Part shown: piece after piece, positions 50,257 to 63,576 of the stretch
Layout: every line of letters begins with the position of its first letter
Numbering within the stretch: the stretch's first letter is position 1
Assembly (NCBI GenBank): GCA_054772095.1
Contig: BAAGAE010000033.1
Coordinates: 4,000,326 to 4,064,325 of the forward strand
Source: Chamberlinius hualienensis
Lineage: Eukaryota
Direction: 5' to 3'
Length of the DNA stretch: 64,000 nucleotides
Notes under the pieces: generated by a model
What the model was told of the DNA's origin: nothing
Database searches by the model: none
What the model saw: the letters and a program-made list of their open reading frames with translations, nothing else
Program-made: the position numbers and the translations under genes

Positions 50257-50452
50257 ACTAAAGGCTGATTCATGACAAGTTCTGAAATTTAAGGAACATA
50301 TATACTGTAGGTGTCAAAATATGAGTAAATTTCATCATAGGAATCTATGGCCGCTGAGGTTATACGTAAGTGCTATATACCTTTGATAGTTTCGGACATC
50401 GAATGTCACTTGAAATGGCTTATTAAAGTTTGACCTTTGTCATGTAGCATCA
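50257..50452. mobile_element. MITE-like element, family A copy inside PECR intron 4
   Basis: ggctgattcatgacaag...ctttgtcatg termini. Internal region is homologous to the 42111 copy (ggaat.t.tgg.cgc.gaggtta...cctttgata). Confidence 0.5.
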
Positions 50453-53400
50453 GAAACAAAAACTATTCGAATCAATTACAGTTGACATTGGATGTTCTAA
50501 TACTAAACTATGAAAGGCCTGTAGCACTTCTGAATAACCTCGGCAACCGTGGACTCGTATTTGGTATTTACTCTATTTTGACATACTGTATGTGTACATC
50601 CCTTCAATTTGACAACCTGGGCAAGAATCTATTTTCAGAACCGGATAAAGATTTGTAAGCCCCCTGAATTTCAGGTACTGCGCTTTGAGAGGGCCCCCAG
50701 TTATTGTACCTATACTTTAATTGATCATTTAAAAAGAATTCCAATTATGGCATTATTGCTGAGCGGTTAGTACCTTTAATCCTTTAATGGGTATTACTGT
50801 AACAAAAACAGCGTTTTTCCAAAATCCAAAATGACGAAATACCGTAGTTTGAACTTAGTTTGTGTATTTTCTGTACGGTACTTCTATTTTTACTTTTATT
50901 TGTTAATGCAAAATAAGTCGAACTATGCATTTGCTTATTTATTTTTTAAATCCTTCTCACATTACGGTGAGTGTTTTTTCTTTCTAAAGCACAGTAATAT
51001 TTTTGTTGTTCCTAACATAAATGTTTGTTTTCACGTTTAAACAGCCAGTGATATTGCGAGTGAAATACATTTTCTAAAAGTCTCTACCTCTTTTGCGATT
51101 TATTGACTTTGGAAGTTAATGAAACTTCTAATGCTAAATTCATTACTGTCAATGAAACTTGTCTGTGTCGACAGAATAACCGAAACTAAAATTAACTCAT
51201 TTTTAATTAACTTACAAGTTCCCATTGTATGCTAAGGGTAGACAGTTTTAATTTACAATTAGCAGTCTGGTTTTTTTGAGCTCTGTCTGTGCAGCAAATG
51301 GATAACATGTTTAGTTATCAGTTGATTTATCTAACGTTTTTATTAAAGATAAACCATTCACATCGTTGCTTTAGAAAGAGTTAATGAATGTTATGTTATA
51401 AACACAACACTTATCATTATTTAATGAAGAGAATTTTTGGGAACGATAGTATACTGAATGAATTTATTCATTTTGTTGTTCCATTCATTCCATCTACCGA
51501 ATATCTCATTTTAGCAGTGTTTTTGGAAAAGAATTGTTGCGACTGTCTGACACATTGAATTTTTCTTAAATGAATACGAGGTTAGGATGTCGCTAACATA
51601 TTTCTCGCAAAATAAAAAAATGGTTTTGTGTCTGGAGAAAAAGAATGTTTAACCTGAGGAAACGTTGTATTAGATTACACAAGTATTAAAAAAAATTGAT
51701 GTCTTTCACAAAAATAAAATAAGCTGGATCTAAATTTATTTTTCATGCTTAACTCGAATATGCTTTTTGATTTTTTCTAACATACAGTATCTTCTGACAC
51801 AAGTTTAAATTTTCATGTAATGGGTAACTTTAACTGACAAATAAACACCTCATTCTGCCTCACTTAAGAAGTTGTATAAATTATGATTTCATGCTCGAAA
51901 GTTGTTATAATTACACGACTTATATAAAAATAAATAAATAAAAGTATTTCATCACATGACTGGCGATAAAAGCCATAAAATTTGAAAAGATGAAAATGAC
52001 TATATCAAAAAAAAAAAAAAATTATACATGACGTAAAAATTAAAAAATATCGAATGGCTTATTTGAATTCTGAATGGGAAAAAAAAGCTGCATTAGAGTT
52101 ACTATTCAATTTTCTTAAATTGGGGAAAAGTCATATTGACTAGTATTATGTTATTTGTAAACAAGAGTCAACGGAGGAATTTTTAAAATGTCTAAGCTGA
52201 ATTGTGAATAGCTCATAAAATGTTTGTAGGCTGTAGTCATAAGTGAGTGAATTTTGATTTGCATATATCGTGAGATACATCTACAACGTGGCTTAATGCT
52301 TTTTTTAATATATACAGTATATTGGCATCGTAAGCTAACGTTGTTATCAGAGATGTGGGCATGAAGCGTGACGAATGGCTTGGACACATCCATGCTTTTA
52401 AAAAAAAATTATTTTGTGTCTCTCTCCAAAGTAATCTGTGATCAGAAATGTGGAGAAACCAAATAAAATTCTTGCAGTTTTGAATATTATTTATTTTTTT
52501 AGTATTTATTTTCAAAAAAGTGGTTTGTAGTTGAAGATTGTATTTTAATGCCTTTCCACGATAAAAACGTTCATCTTTATAAACTTATATATTGATTGCA
52601 ATCTCTTTTTTTAGTGCTTCACAATTGAAGTAGATTTGTAGATGTTTTTGTTGGCACTGTACATGATGTTAAGATTCCTGAATTTAAGTTTTTATGTGTT
52701 TGAAAAGTTTCTATCTGTTGTAGTAGTAGACAATTTCTTAGACTGCAAACGATGTTTACTTTGTGCTGTTTATTGGCTAACTTCTTTTGTAAATATTATT
52801 GCCATAGTGAAGAAGAAATGAGCTACTAGATTTTGAACGTGCATTGTAAACAGTACATGAGTATATACTGTAGCTCTGTTTGAACAGAAAAACTGTTAGA
52901 TTTCAACGACCAGATAATGGTTTGTTTAGGATCATATCCAGATGAAGGGAATAGTTTATAATTAATAACTCAACAGTCTATAGAGTTATTAAAAGGATAC
53001 GCGAACGGTCTTAAACTAGTACCACTTTTGATAATGTTAGTGTACTATTTAGTAATTTACTGCATTTCGAGCATGCGTTATTAGCGTCATCTATTCTTAT
53101 TTTGCTTACGGTGTGAACTGAACTTGTAGACTTAATTGGATGCTGAGTTTTGTATTTGTCGGTAAGTTTTGCTGACGTCATTATTGTTCAAAAATACGAG
53201 AAAAATATTGCTATAGAAAAGGAAAAAAAAGGATGTATACGAAGAGTGAAAAAGTATAAAAGCTACATTTCGTGTTGAGACAAATATTAATATTCGTCTT
53301 TTTATAAGGGAACAATTTTGTTTAAATGAACAAAGATGAATGTTAAGCCAAATTCACACTATGAGATATATATGAGAATGAGAAAGGGAAAAAACAGTAA

Positions 53401-55267
53401 AAAAGGGAAGGTTAATTTAATTGAATCCATCCCTTTTCTTAAGGATGAATTCTAACTCTGAATTGATAGACTGTGTGAACTGTGCTTAAACACACGTTTT
53501 GTATGCTGAAGGGTTTTGTTATTGCTACGACTTACAATAGCAATAGTAAAAAGGCTTCTTTTTATATACATCTATTTGATGCTGTATCATTCTTAAGCCA
53601 TACTCACATTTGATATCTTCTACAATTCGTTTTTCATAATTTTCATATTTACAATCGACATTTTCTCATTTTAAAAAGTATGTGTCGATCACACACATAC
53701 ATACACCCGATTATTGATCACAATTTTCATCTCAAGTGTTCACTTACTGAATGCTAAATATCTTTACGAGAAGTCTATTTGGAGTGTTTGTTGCATTGTC
53801 GGCATGCACTGGCATACAACAATAGAGAAAATTGTGTTTCACTTTTATTTACAGTCAAACATTTTCACTATCCATAAAATTTAATTGAGTTCGATCGCTT
53901 ACTTACTATACTTGTACTTACTGAAGTTTTAGATTCATCGTGAGCGATGGTACTAATGATGTTCATTTTTCGGACGATTAATTTTTTAATTGCTCTCTCA
54001 AACAGACACTTTCTGTTTAATGAAAAAGTCTCACGAAACAACGTAGACATTACTTTTGAAATGCAAATGCTTCTCCTTTCACATTGATTAATTGTCAATT
54101 TCGCTTATTACCTTGCTTACAGTGACATACGCAATATAAAATATATGATTTTTTCATATTTTTTGCAGTCTTTTTAAGTTATAAGTTACAGCAGTTTGCA
54201 TATAGATTGACATTAGCTGTATCTTCCATTTCTAAATTTAGCCCAAGAACCCCGAAGATAATGAAATGTTTGTGATCTCAAAAGACCCTAACATGCATAA
54301 ACAACAATTAATATTCTCTCTAGTTACTTATTATGTGTAATCGTTATTATGACATCAGCCAAGCAGCATAAGAATCCTATGTACTTTTTATGCTAACGAA
54401 ATCGTATACATTGATCAAGTCGTATTACATTGTTATTTATTTGGCAAAAAAAATTTAATGAGGGGATTGTATAATGACTTTTATGTCAAGAATGTTTTTT
54501 TTTCTTTTTTATTATTATTAATTTTTTTAAGGCTTAACAAGCACAAAATCTTTTAGTTTTTTTATTTTGAATTGAGTGATTGATTACACATTTGAGTAGC
54601 AAAAATATCGATTAATTACAATATTTTAAATTAAACTCTGAATCGTTATGTTGTTGGATAGTAGCTCTGTCATTTTCTTCGGTGTCTTCATTACTTTTTT
54701 TTTATTTTATCTAACCACCCATTGAACTTCCACTAAACTACCTTCTTTAATGCTTAAAGACAAATCCAACAATTTATGATGTCCATTTATGAAATTTGAC
54801 ACATGTTAGTAGCCTCCCATTGCCGGTCGAAAGGTGGGCTTGGAACTTGAGCGACTGTGGGTGTGTTAAATGGGGGGCAGAATATAAAGTTTTATAGTGC
54901 AAGTAGAGTATATATTTATTTTAAAGGAATTTTTTTTCTTCTTAGGGCATTGAAGAATTGAAAACGGTTTCATTTTTCCCAATTTTATTTTTCTTTTTCG
55001 ATCGAGTAACAAACCAGAGTTCGTTATTGGATATATATTGAAAAGGAGAAGAAAAAAAATAACAAACGAAAACATCCTTAGTTATTGATTTTCATAAAAT
55101 TGCTAGAAACGGATTTTCTGCGATGGGAAATGAAAGAAAAACCGTCTTTAGATAAATAGTTTATGTGTTTGTGTATCTTCTTTTATTCGCGTAACAATCA
55201 AAATGGCTCCTGGAATTTTTTTTTATTACGTGATAGCGTAAATAATAGAAATGTTTGTATTTGGCAG

Positions 55268-55364
55268 GCACACTGGAGCATCTAGAGCCGCTGTACAAAA
55301 CCTTTGCAAGTCTATGTGTGTTGAATGGGCCCATCATGGCATCAGAGTTAACTCCGTAGCACCT
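55268..55364 (+). CDS. PECR: PECR exon 5 (SDR catalytic region)
   Basis: (A)HTGASRAAVQNLCKSMCVEWAHHGIRVNSVAP matches [33 protein letters not shown]. Donor GTAAGT. Confidence 0.9.
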
Positions 55365-56635
55365 GTAAGTAACTCTTTTAATTTCAATGAGTGTCAACGT
55401 CTTTAGTTACATTTCTTATCTGTCGTTACAACGAAAAGTAGAGAAGAAAAAAATACTGTGCCACTTTAAATTAAATACTAGTGCAGCCACGGATTTCTGA
55501 CAAAGTCATCTCATATGAACTGAAACCGTCTTTAAATATTAAACAATAGCATTCCTTCGGTTTGAACAAAGAAAAAAAAATATAATTTTTTATAGATATA
55601 TTTTTAGTATCAACCAAAAAGTTGGTTTTAATACGAACACTATTACAAATGCTACAGGGTTTTATGTTATTTTTTTGATTCGGTTGGAGCTTTGTCCTCC
55701 TGCTATTGGAGATGTATTGTATGGTATTCGAATGCATAAATCAGTTGGGGATTCCATACAAACACATTACACAGCGTACAATGCAGCTACTGACGTATAT
55801 GCGGCGCTAAACTAAAAAAAAAAAAGCTAATAGAAATTTCAGTAGTGCTCTTTCGACACGAAATAGTCTCATAGGAAATTTTTTGTAGTGTGTCGAGCAT
55901 TGATAAAACAGAGGAGGGAGAATTTTTTTGTTTGTGCCCATTTAAAAGTTTTAAAATTCTTACTGAAATATTTTCGATAACCCTGTATTTTCTTTTTCTA
56001 TTCTTTACTATGAAATGAATTAGGACAGATGGCAATATTCGCATCAAGTTTCCCGTACATTTACAATCTGTAGCTTTTATATAGCGAATAATAATATAGA
56101 TGTATATCTTACTTCAACTTAGGCTATAACGTTAGCTTAACTGTGCATTTTACCATTTGAAATAATAATGAATGTAGAGAAAGCATTTGAAATACGAAAT
56201 AAGGGGCCGTAAAACATTGAATAAGGATGGATTATTTAGTCATTGAAATGTTCCATTTTTTCAACACTGTAAATGGTTAGAAAATTTCATTTATCTGATT
56301 GTTGCTGGTAAAATTACCTTTTGCAACGTAAAACGACGATTTCCGCATATATAGTACATACAGTAGAAGATGGATATATAACAAATATTAAAAATGAATA
56401 GAAGAATGTCTTTACCCTGAAGTACAATAATGTTCATGTCTTATGAAAACTAGTTTTATGTACATAAACACAAAATATAACATTTTTAGGGAATGAAATT
56501 ACTAATTTTTTTTTAGCAATATGTAAGAAAAGTGGCTTTTGTTTACTCTCTCGTATATTTTGATGTTAATTAATAAAAATGAAGTTTAATTTATGCCAAG
56601 TTTTCATAAACATCAGCGCTAATTTTTATTTATAG

Positions 56636-56743
56636 GGTTATATTTATTCGCCAACGGCAGCAGCTAATTACGGGATTGACGAAACGTATTTTGATGCTAT
56701 TGGTTTGAGGACGCCATCCAAACGAGCTGGTCGTCCGGAAGAG
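56636..56743 (+). CDS. PECR: PECR exon 6
   Basis: GYIYSPTAAANYGIDETYFDAIGLRTPSKRAGRPEE matches [37 protein letters not shown]. Confidence 0.9.
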
Positions 56744-57428
56744 GTACTTACACCACATTAAACACTAAGTTTATTGTAATTAGACTCGACCGTTGGGTTG
56801 ATGTTGGCGCAAATGGCCCGTCTGCTCGTTTATTTAATCTCGCTGAATGTCCATGAATAAATATCGTCATTAAAAATGCTCAATTTATTAACAACAGCAA
56901 TTATGGCAGAGTTAGCTTTCGACTGAATAGCTACCAACGACTTGAGTGTTAATGTAACAAGTATCAGATATTTTAATATATTTGAAGTGCTAATTTGCTT
57001 AAGTAATTGTACAACGCACATGAGACCCGTTGAGGTAGCAATTCATTTACAGCCCATAAATTCATTTTTATTAATATTAATCGAGTTATAGTGAGTTGGA
57101 CGGACTTCTATTAAATAACCATTGTCGGATTAACCACTGATGTCGCGCTCAAAGCTTATTTTATTCAAAAATTTGTAAAGTTTTATTATACATTTTAAAT
57201 CTTCCTCGATATTTTGTTGTTTTTATTTATTTATTATTTGCTTCTGAAAGTAATATTTATAAGACAATCGTTTCATAACCATGGCATAGAAACAATTTGC
57301 AAATATTGATTTAGTAAGGCCCCATTTTTTTTTATAGCCGACGGCCACGAAAACTTAATCCGGCACTGCTATAAGTACTGATGGTTCTCTAAAAACGTTA
57401 ATAAATATGTATATGAATTTTATTTTAG

Positions 57429-57545
<117 letters not shown>

Positions 57546-57631
57546 TAAATAACTATTTTTATGACAAAAATCATAAAATTTCAACCCTGAGCCAGTTTAA
57601 TATTTCACCTTTTTATTTGTTTTTTTTATAG

Positions 57632-57699
57632 ATCACAAGAAACTTCCTGGTTACAACTGGGAGAAAGATGCAGAAACGGAAACAAAATCTAAATTGTAA
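57632..57699 (+). CDS. PECR: PECR exon 8 (terminal; ends ...TKSKL*, PTS1 tripeptide SKL; stop 57697-57699)
   Basis: (D)HKKLPGYNWEKDAETETKSKL*. Total length is 303 aa, the same as human PECR, whose C-terminus is AKL. Confidence 0.85.
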
Positions 57700-58362
57700 T
57701 ACTCCACCGTACTGCTTAGTATCGACGTGTTTCTGATTATTTTAATATATTTTTTTTTTGTCGGTTAAGCGCGCATAACGTAATCAAATACATATACGTG
57801 CGCTGAACCAAGCACTAACATTTGTTTGCTCTCAAATTGTATGACATTTTGATTGATATATGCGAGTATCATAGCGCAAATTTAATATCTTTAATTTAAT
57901 TTTGGAGCATTTAGATAAAATTTCAGTATGCGCCAGGTACGCTGTATGCATTATATCCAATATTTGTGTTTATCCAATGAATGAATAATTAATCAGAGAG
58001 TTGTGATTAAATTTGGCAAACCTTGAATAGGAAGCCAACGTTGAGTACATTTAATTTGACCCGCATATAATATAGCGTTGCCACGTTATTAACAGATGCA
58101 TTTGGATCCTTCCGAGGTATATTAAAATGGTAATACTTTTATGTAATTGCATTGCATTTCTATATGTGGTTGCATTGTTATTTTGACATTTGTGAGGAAG
58201 CTGTTCAACATTTGTTTCCCGATAGGTGGCGATATTGCTTTTAGTCCTTCACCTGACCTCTAGTGAGTAGTTTCAGTAATATTTTGTTCAGTTTATTCGA
58301 AATTGTGCAAACGTGGAGCTTGAAGGTGAATTTTTTTTCAGCTAATATACAGTACGTAAGAA

Positions 58363-58406
58363 ATGACTTCCAATAAGAAGATCAGCATTATAGGTTCTGG
58401 AAATTG
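58363..58406 (+). CDS. GPD1: GPD1 exon 1 (ATG 58363)
   Basis: MTSNKKISIIGSGN(W) matches human MASKKVCIVGSGNW. Donor TG|GTATGT. Confidence 0.9.
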
Positions 58407-58798
58407 GTATGTGTTTTTGTCTTGCATTACCTAGTCAATTTGACAATAATGAATTATTAACTTGGTTGTAATTTCAATCAACCGTGCTCCATTTAGCCCA
58501 ACTTGGCATTAATCTGTTCTGATAAATTGGTTATTTGATAGCCAGCTTAGAGTGGATTTCACTCCAAAATTCATTTGCTTAAAATTATAAAATCTCGGGC
58601 TCGTTTGCAGAAATTTTTTATGCTTCTTTTATGTACCAATAAAACAGCGTAAGTAGTTGGTATTAACGAGAAGATGTTAATATTTAATCAAATGCAAATG
58701 GAGAAGGCTTTGTGAGGACCATTTTAGGTGCTATTGCAAGGTTTTTTTTTAGGAAATGTTAAAGGGTCGATGACATTTATTTCTGGTAAATTTTCCAG

Positions 58799-58973
58799 GG
58801 GCTCAGCCATTGCCAAGATAATCGGCAAAAATGTACAGAAATACGACGATTTTGATAATGAAGTGAAAATGTACGTTTACGAAGAGATAATAAATGGGAA
58901 AAAATTAACCGAAGTTATAAACACTGAACACGAAAATGTGAAATATTTGCCGGGTCATAAGCTGCCTCCTAAC
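58799..58973 (+). CDS. GPD1: GPD1 exon 2 (3' end ambiguous: 58973 with GT donor GTGGCA, or 58976 with GC donor GCATGT)
   Basis: (W)[58 protein letters not shown](V) matches [59 protein letters not shown]. Confidence 0.8.
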
Positions 58974-59050
58974 GTGGCATGTTGCATTTTTCTTTGATCA
59001 TTTATTTTATCACTTTCCGATTATTAAGTTTTAATTGATGACACGTTTAG

Positions 59051-59191
59051 GTTGCCGTGTCTGATGTGGTGGAAACCACCAAGGACGCTGATATATTGGT
59101 ATTTGTAGTGCCACATCAGTTTATCAAGAGATTAGTAGATCAAATGAGGGGGAACATCAAGTCCACAGCCATAGGAATATCACTAATCAAG
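59051..59191 (+). CDS. GPD1: GPD1 exon 3
   Basis: [47 protein letters not shown] matches [47 protein letters not shown]. Confidence 0.9.
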
Positions 59192-59456
59192 GTCACTTAC
59201 TTATCATACAGTAATTACAGTGATAAATTACCATGTACATGTCATCGCCAAGTCAGAATGGCAAAATATATTACTCATTTAATAAAAAAAAAAAAATTTT
59301 AAACAATTAATTTGGAAAAAAAGCGAAAAATGAAAATGTTGTACAGATTAATTACACAAAACATTTTTATTGATATATTTTAAACTTGTATTTGTGAAGC
59401 AGCTCGTCTTCTCTTCTATCGATTTCATTCTTTGTTTTTATAAATCATCGTTTTAG

Positions 59457-59708
59457 GGAGTAGATTACGATGACAAAGGAATTAAGTTGATTTCAAAAAT
59501 CATCAGCGACGGGCTTAACATTGAAATGAGCGTACTTATGGGTGCAAATTTGGCTCCAGAGGTGGCCGATGAGAAATTCTGCGAGACGACAATAGGATGT
59601 CGAAACAAGGAAGACGGTGAGACTCTAAAACGAGCAATTCAAACCGAATACTTTAGAGTTGTAGTAGTGGACGATGTTCATACTGTGGAAATTTGTGGTG
59701 CTTTGAAA
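59457..59708 (+). CDS. GPD1: GPD1 exon 4
   Basis: [84 protein letters not shown] matches [84 protein letters not shown]. Confidence 0.9.
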
Positions 59709-59762
59709 GTAACTTCTTTCAACGCTTATGTAATATGATGTGCTTATTACATTATTTTAAAG

Positions 59763-59993
59763 AACATAGTTGCTTGCGGTGCTGGTTTTGTTGACGGTTT
59801 GGGATTGGGAGACAACACAAAAGCAGCTGTCATCCGATTGGGTCTTATGGAAATGGTTAAATTTGCTGAAGTTTATTGCCAAAATTCTAAGTTATCAACG
59901 TTTTTGGAAAGTTGTGGCGTAGCTGATTTAATTACAACATGCTATGGTGGAAGAAATAGAAGAGTTTCGGAGGCATTTATTAAAACTGGAAAG
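59763..59993 (+). CDS. GPD1: GPD1 exon 5 (ending TGK at 59993 if followed by a GC-AG intron; alternative GT donor at 60021 would add 9 aa ANILSNIIN)
   Basis: [77 protein letters not shown] matches [41 protein letters not shown]...[22 protein letters not shown]|GCAAAT at 59994. Confidence 0.75.
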
Positions 59994-60055
59994 GCAAATA
60001 TATTGTCAAATATAATAAACGTATTAAATATTCAATTATATTTGTATTTTCATAG

Positions 60056-60162
60056 TCAATTGAACAATTGGAAGCTGAAATGTTAAACGGCCAAAAACTT
60101 CAAGGACCTGAAACAGCAAATGAAGTCAATGCAATGTTAAAATTGCAGAATTTAGAAGACAA
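60056..60162 (+). CDS. GPD1: GPD1 exon 6
   Basis: [35 protein letters not shown](K) matches [36 protein letters not shown]. Donor AA|GTAATG. Confidence 0.85.
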
Positions 60163-60517
60163 GTAATGATTTCAAATTTTTTATATCTTTCATACACAGT
60201 ATTTGGAGGGTGTAAAATCGCCTTTGTTTATTAAATCTGAAAAAATTGTTTTTGGTTTTTTTTTACAAGTAATTTACTCAGTTCTAATATTTAGTCTTAT
60301 CTTTTCTCTTAAAGAAATGTAATTAGTTATTCTTAGTTAAAAAAGTAAAAGTTTAAGAATTTTTGTTTTAAATTGTGCTTGTGTGATTACATTATTGAAA
60401 GCTTTAAACAAGTCCTGAAACACACGATTGCACCATATTACCTAAGGGGAAGCTTCCATTTACACACGCTTTGACACTTACTCTTCAGAGAAAATTAATT
60501 AACAATTTCTAATTTAG

Positions 60518-60614
60518 ATTTCCACTGTTCACCGCTGTTCATCGCATCTGTACTGGCCAAATTCCAGCTACTCAAATGATTGACTGCATTCGTCAACACC
60601 CTGAGCATATGTAA
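60518..60614 (+). CDS. GPD1: GPD1 exon 7 (terminal; stop TAA 60612-60614)
   Basis: (K)[31 protein letters not shown] matches [31 protein letters not shown]. Total is about 349 aa, the human length. Confidence 0.9.
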
Positions 60615-60747
60615 TTATCAATGTTAAACACTTGACTAACTTTCTTTGGAAATTGGATTTTTGACGTCTATAACGTCAATAATTTAACCCCAATTTAGTA
60701 CACTAGCTATTTGCACCCGTTTGGGCTTAGATATACTGTATATTATA

Positions 60748-61767
60748 CATGACACTAGAAAATTAGCTGATCCAGTTATAGTCTTTGGAATTGGACCGTC
60801 CGCTACAAGTATGGCAATTTTGTCACTGCCTTCACGTGTATTCTGCATTTACGAACAATTTATGCTATATAATCATTTTTGACGCGTAACCAAATAAGTT
60901 TGTGATCTGCGTTTTGATTGTTTTAAAAACTATTTGATCTACAATCGATTACTTAAAACCGTATTATCAGTTATTGATTACAGCGTTCTTAAGTACACTT
61001 TTTAAAGGCATGGTTAAATGAAAGATGAATTCGTTAGTTTTGTGTTACACCTTCAAAAATATAATTATTTTGTCTTATTTTTCTTTTAGTTTCTCTAAAA
61101 TGTAACCACCATGTTATGAACGGAAGTTTATTTCTTCTGTATTGTGACTCACGAGCATGTCATAAGAGAATTGGTTGCACAACACCGATTACCCTAACTA
61201 GTCATGTAGTGCCGTTCCTTTTAACTTGGTGTTCGCATAAAAAAATCAGAAACTATTCCTTTCAAATTTTTTAAAAAATTCCCGTATTGTTTCACATGCT
61301 GTACTGTATATAAACCAAATTCTGGAAAATAAAATGCGACCAAGGTGAAAGCACGGCTGTAGATTCCAACAATTTTAGAAATAGTTTCCTTGTGTTGGAT
61401 TGTCTTCGTTTAGTTATTAGCTGTAGCTTCCTTACTTAACTTAAAAAATCAAAAGAAAATTTGGATACATGTTGAAGTCAATGAGCACGTGTACTTCCTA
61501 AAAAGAGATTGCTTAAAAAAATAAGATTTTGTTTGATCTCGGTTAAAAGCCAATACACTATTTTAGACATGTACAGTAACAGTAATACTATTTTAATCTT
61601 ACAAAACAAAGAGTTCTACATTAAAAACAAATTCCACGTGATTACAGTCAAGTTATATTAGTAACGATTTACTGACGTTGTTAACACGGTTTCTTGTTTT
61701 AAGACAAGTTGATAACTAAACAAATAAATTTATTTTGAAAGAAAAATCTTGTGATATATTTAGTCGA
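60748..61767. repeat. Tandem duplication, copy 1 of a roughly 1-kb unit (downstream of GPD1)
   Basis: aaattagctgatccagtt...ggaattggaccgtccgctacaagt...cattttgtcactgccttcac...aacacggtttcttgttttaagaca...gtcgaagg. Copy 2 follows immediately. Confidence 0.8.
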
Positions 61768-62757
61768 AGGAAATTAGCAGATCCAGTTTTTGGTAAGGTT
61801 TGGAATTGGACCGTCTGCCACAAGTGATGAGGCCATTTTGTCACTGCCTTCACAATCGTGTATTCACCGTTTACGAGTAATTTATACGAAATTATCAATT
61901 TTGATTCGTAACAAAACAAGTTCGCGACATGCGACTTGATTTTAAAAACTATTTGATCAATAATCGATTACTTAAAATCGTGGACCAGTTCTTGACTAAA
62001 GCGTTCGTAAGTACACTTTTTAAAAGCATGATTAAATTAAAGATGCATTCGTTAGTTTCGTGTTGCACCTTCAAATGTATAATTATTGCGTCTTATTTTT
62101 CTTTTGGGTTCTCTAAAATATAAACACCATGTTATGAACGGAAGTTTGTTTCGTCGGTAGTATGACTTTCACAAGCATGCCGTAAGAGAACTGGTTTCTC
62201 AACACCGTTTAGCCGAACTAGTCATATGTACTGCCGTTCCTTTTAACTAGGTGTTCGCCAAAAAAATACAAAAACTACCCCTTTCATTTTTTTTTAAATT
62301 CCCGCATTGTTTCACATGCTGTATATAAATAAAATGCGACCAAGATGAAAGCGCGGCTGTAGATAGTGAAGCCCTTGGATTCTAACAATTTTAGAAATGT
62401 GCTGGATCGTTTTTGAGTTGTTACCTTTTTTAGCTGTAGCTTTAAATAACCTTAAAAAATTAAAGAGAATTGGGATACATGCAATTGAGTGCCTAAACAG
62501 TGATTACTAAAAAAAAAAATGTTGTTTGATATCGGTTAAAAGTTAGTACAATACATTATATTCGAAATTTAACAGTAATACTATTTAATTTCACGAAACA
62601 GAGCTCTACCTTAAAAACAAAGTCTACGTGACTACGATCAAATTGTACAGTATTAGTAACGATTTACTGACCTAGTTAACACGGTTTATTGTTTTAAGAC
62701 ATCTAAACAAATAAATTTATTTTGAAAGAAATATCTTGTGATGAATTTACAGTCGAA
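61768..62757. repeat. Tandem duplication, copy 2 of the roughly 1-kb unit (about 85% identical to copy 1)
   Basis: aaattagcagatccagtt...ggaattggaccgtctgccacaagt...cattttgtcactgccttcac...aacacggtttattgttttaagaca...gtcgaagg. Confidence 0.8.
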
Positions 62758-62904
62758 GGCGGAACGTTTAATGGCAAAAACATATACGAGTATGAGAGAC
62801 AATTTGGTCGGTTAATGAAAAAGATTTGAACTTAGTTTTAGAAAAAAAAAAACATAGTCGTTTGGGAGAGAAAGAAAAGCCAGAGGAATGAATGAAAAAC
62901 TTAA

Positions 62905-63214
62905 AATTTAGTCCGAGTCGTCAATTTCATTGTCCGATTCCTGCATAAAATCAATTAAATCTTCCAAATCGGATTCTTCCGATTCCTCCAAGTCTTTCGT
63001 CATGTGTAGAGGTTGCGTCTTTTTTGAGAAAATATTCTTCTCCGATAGTCTCTTTTTTATGACTTCCAATCGCGTTAAAATGTCAGTAAAGTTAAACCTT
63101 CCACGTTTTTCTCCAAACGGGTCCGCCATAAGCTGTCCATCAAGATTGGTTTTATTTTTGGCAGTTGTTTCGTAGTAGTCGTAATACTCCATAAACGCCT
63201 TCTCCATTACGTCA
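62905..63214 (-). CDS. UBE2Z: UBE2Z terminal exon (stop 62905-62907)
   Basis: [60 protein letters not shown]...acidic tail* matches [64 protein letters not shown]. Confidence 0.85.
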
Positions 63215-63269
63215 CTGTATAAATAATGACCACCTTTATTTTTAATTCCACGCTAAAAAAAAATCTTAC

Positions 63270-63397
63270 GCATACTTAAAAGCTGTCGGAAACTTAAACG
63301 TGTTATATCCCCGTCCTTCTAACATGTCACAAACAGCTACTCTAAGCGTCTCATGTATAATGATGTCATTGTATCTCTCAGAATCTCCACGATTTGA
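63270..63397 (-). CDS. UBE2Z: UBE2Z exon
   Basis: [42 protein letters not shown](A) matches [28 protein letters not shown]. Donor GC|GTAAGA. Confidence 0.8.
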
Positions 63398-63576
63398 CTA
63401 AAATGCATCAAATGAATTTAGATATAAGTATTGATTATATCGGAAGTCTGATCCCGTTAAAATCCAAGAAACTCATTTTCTTAATGAAAAAGATTATAGT
63501 ATAATAAAATTTGATATTATAGCACACGCCGATCTCAGACCGCTGAGTTAAATTTTGCAAGTTACCATAAACCAAC

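Noticed and set aside
59192-59302. C-terminal part of ORF 59057..59302 beyond ...ISLIK
   Set aside because: Intron read-through. GPD1 homology resumes at 59457 after donor GTCACT at 59192.
62930-63175. Plus-strand ORF 81 aa overlapping UBE2Z terminal exon
   Set aside because: Antisense of the conserved UBE2Z C-terminus.
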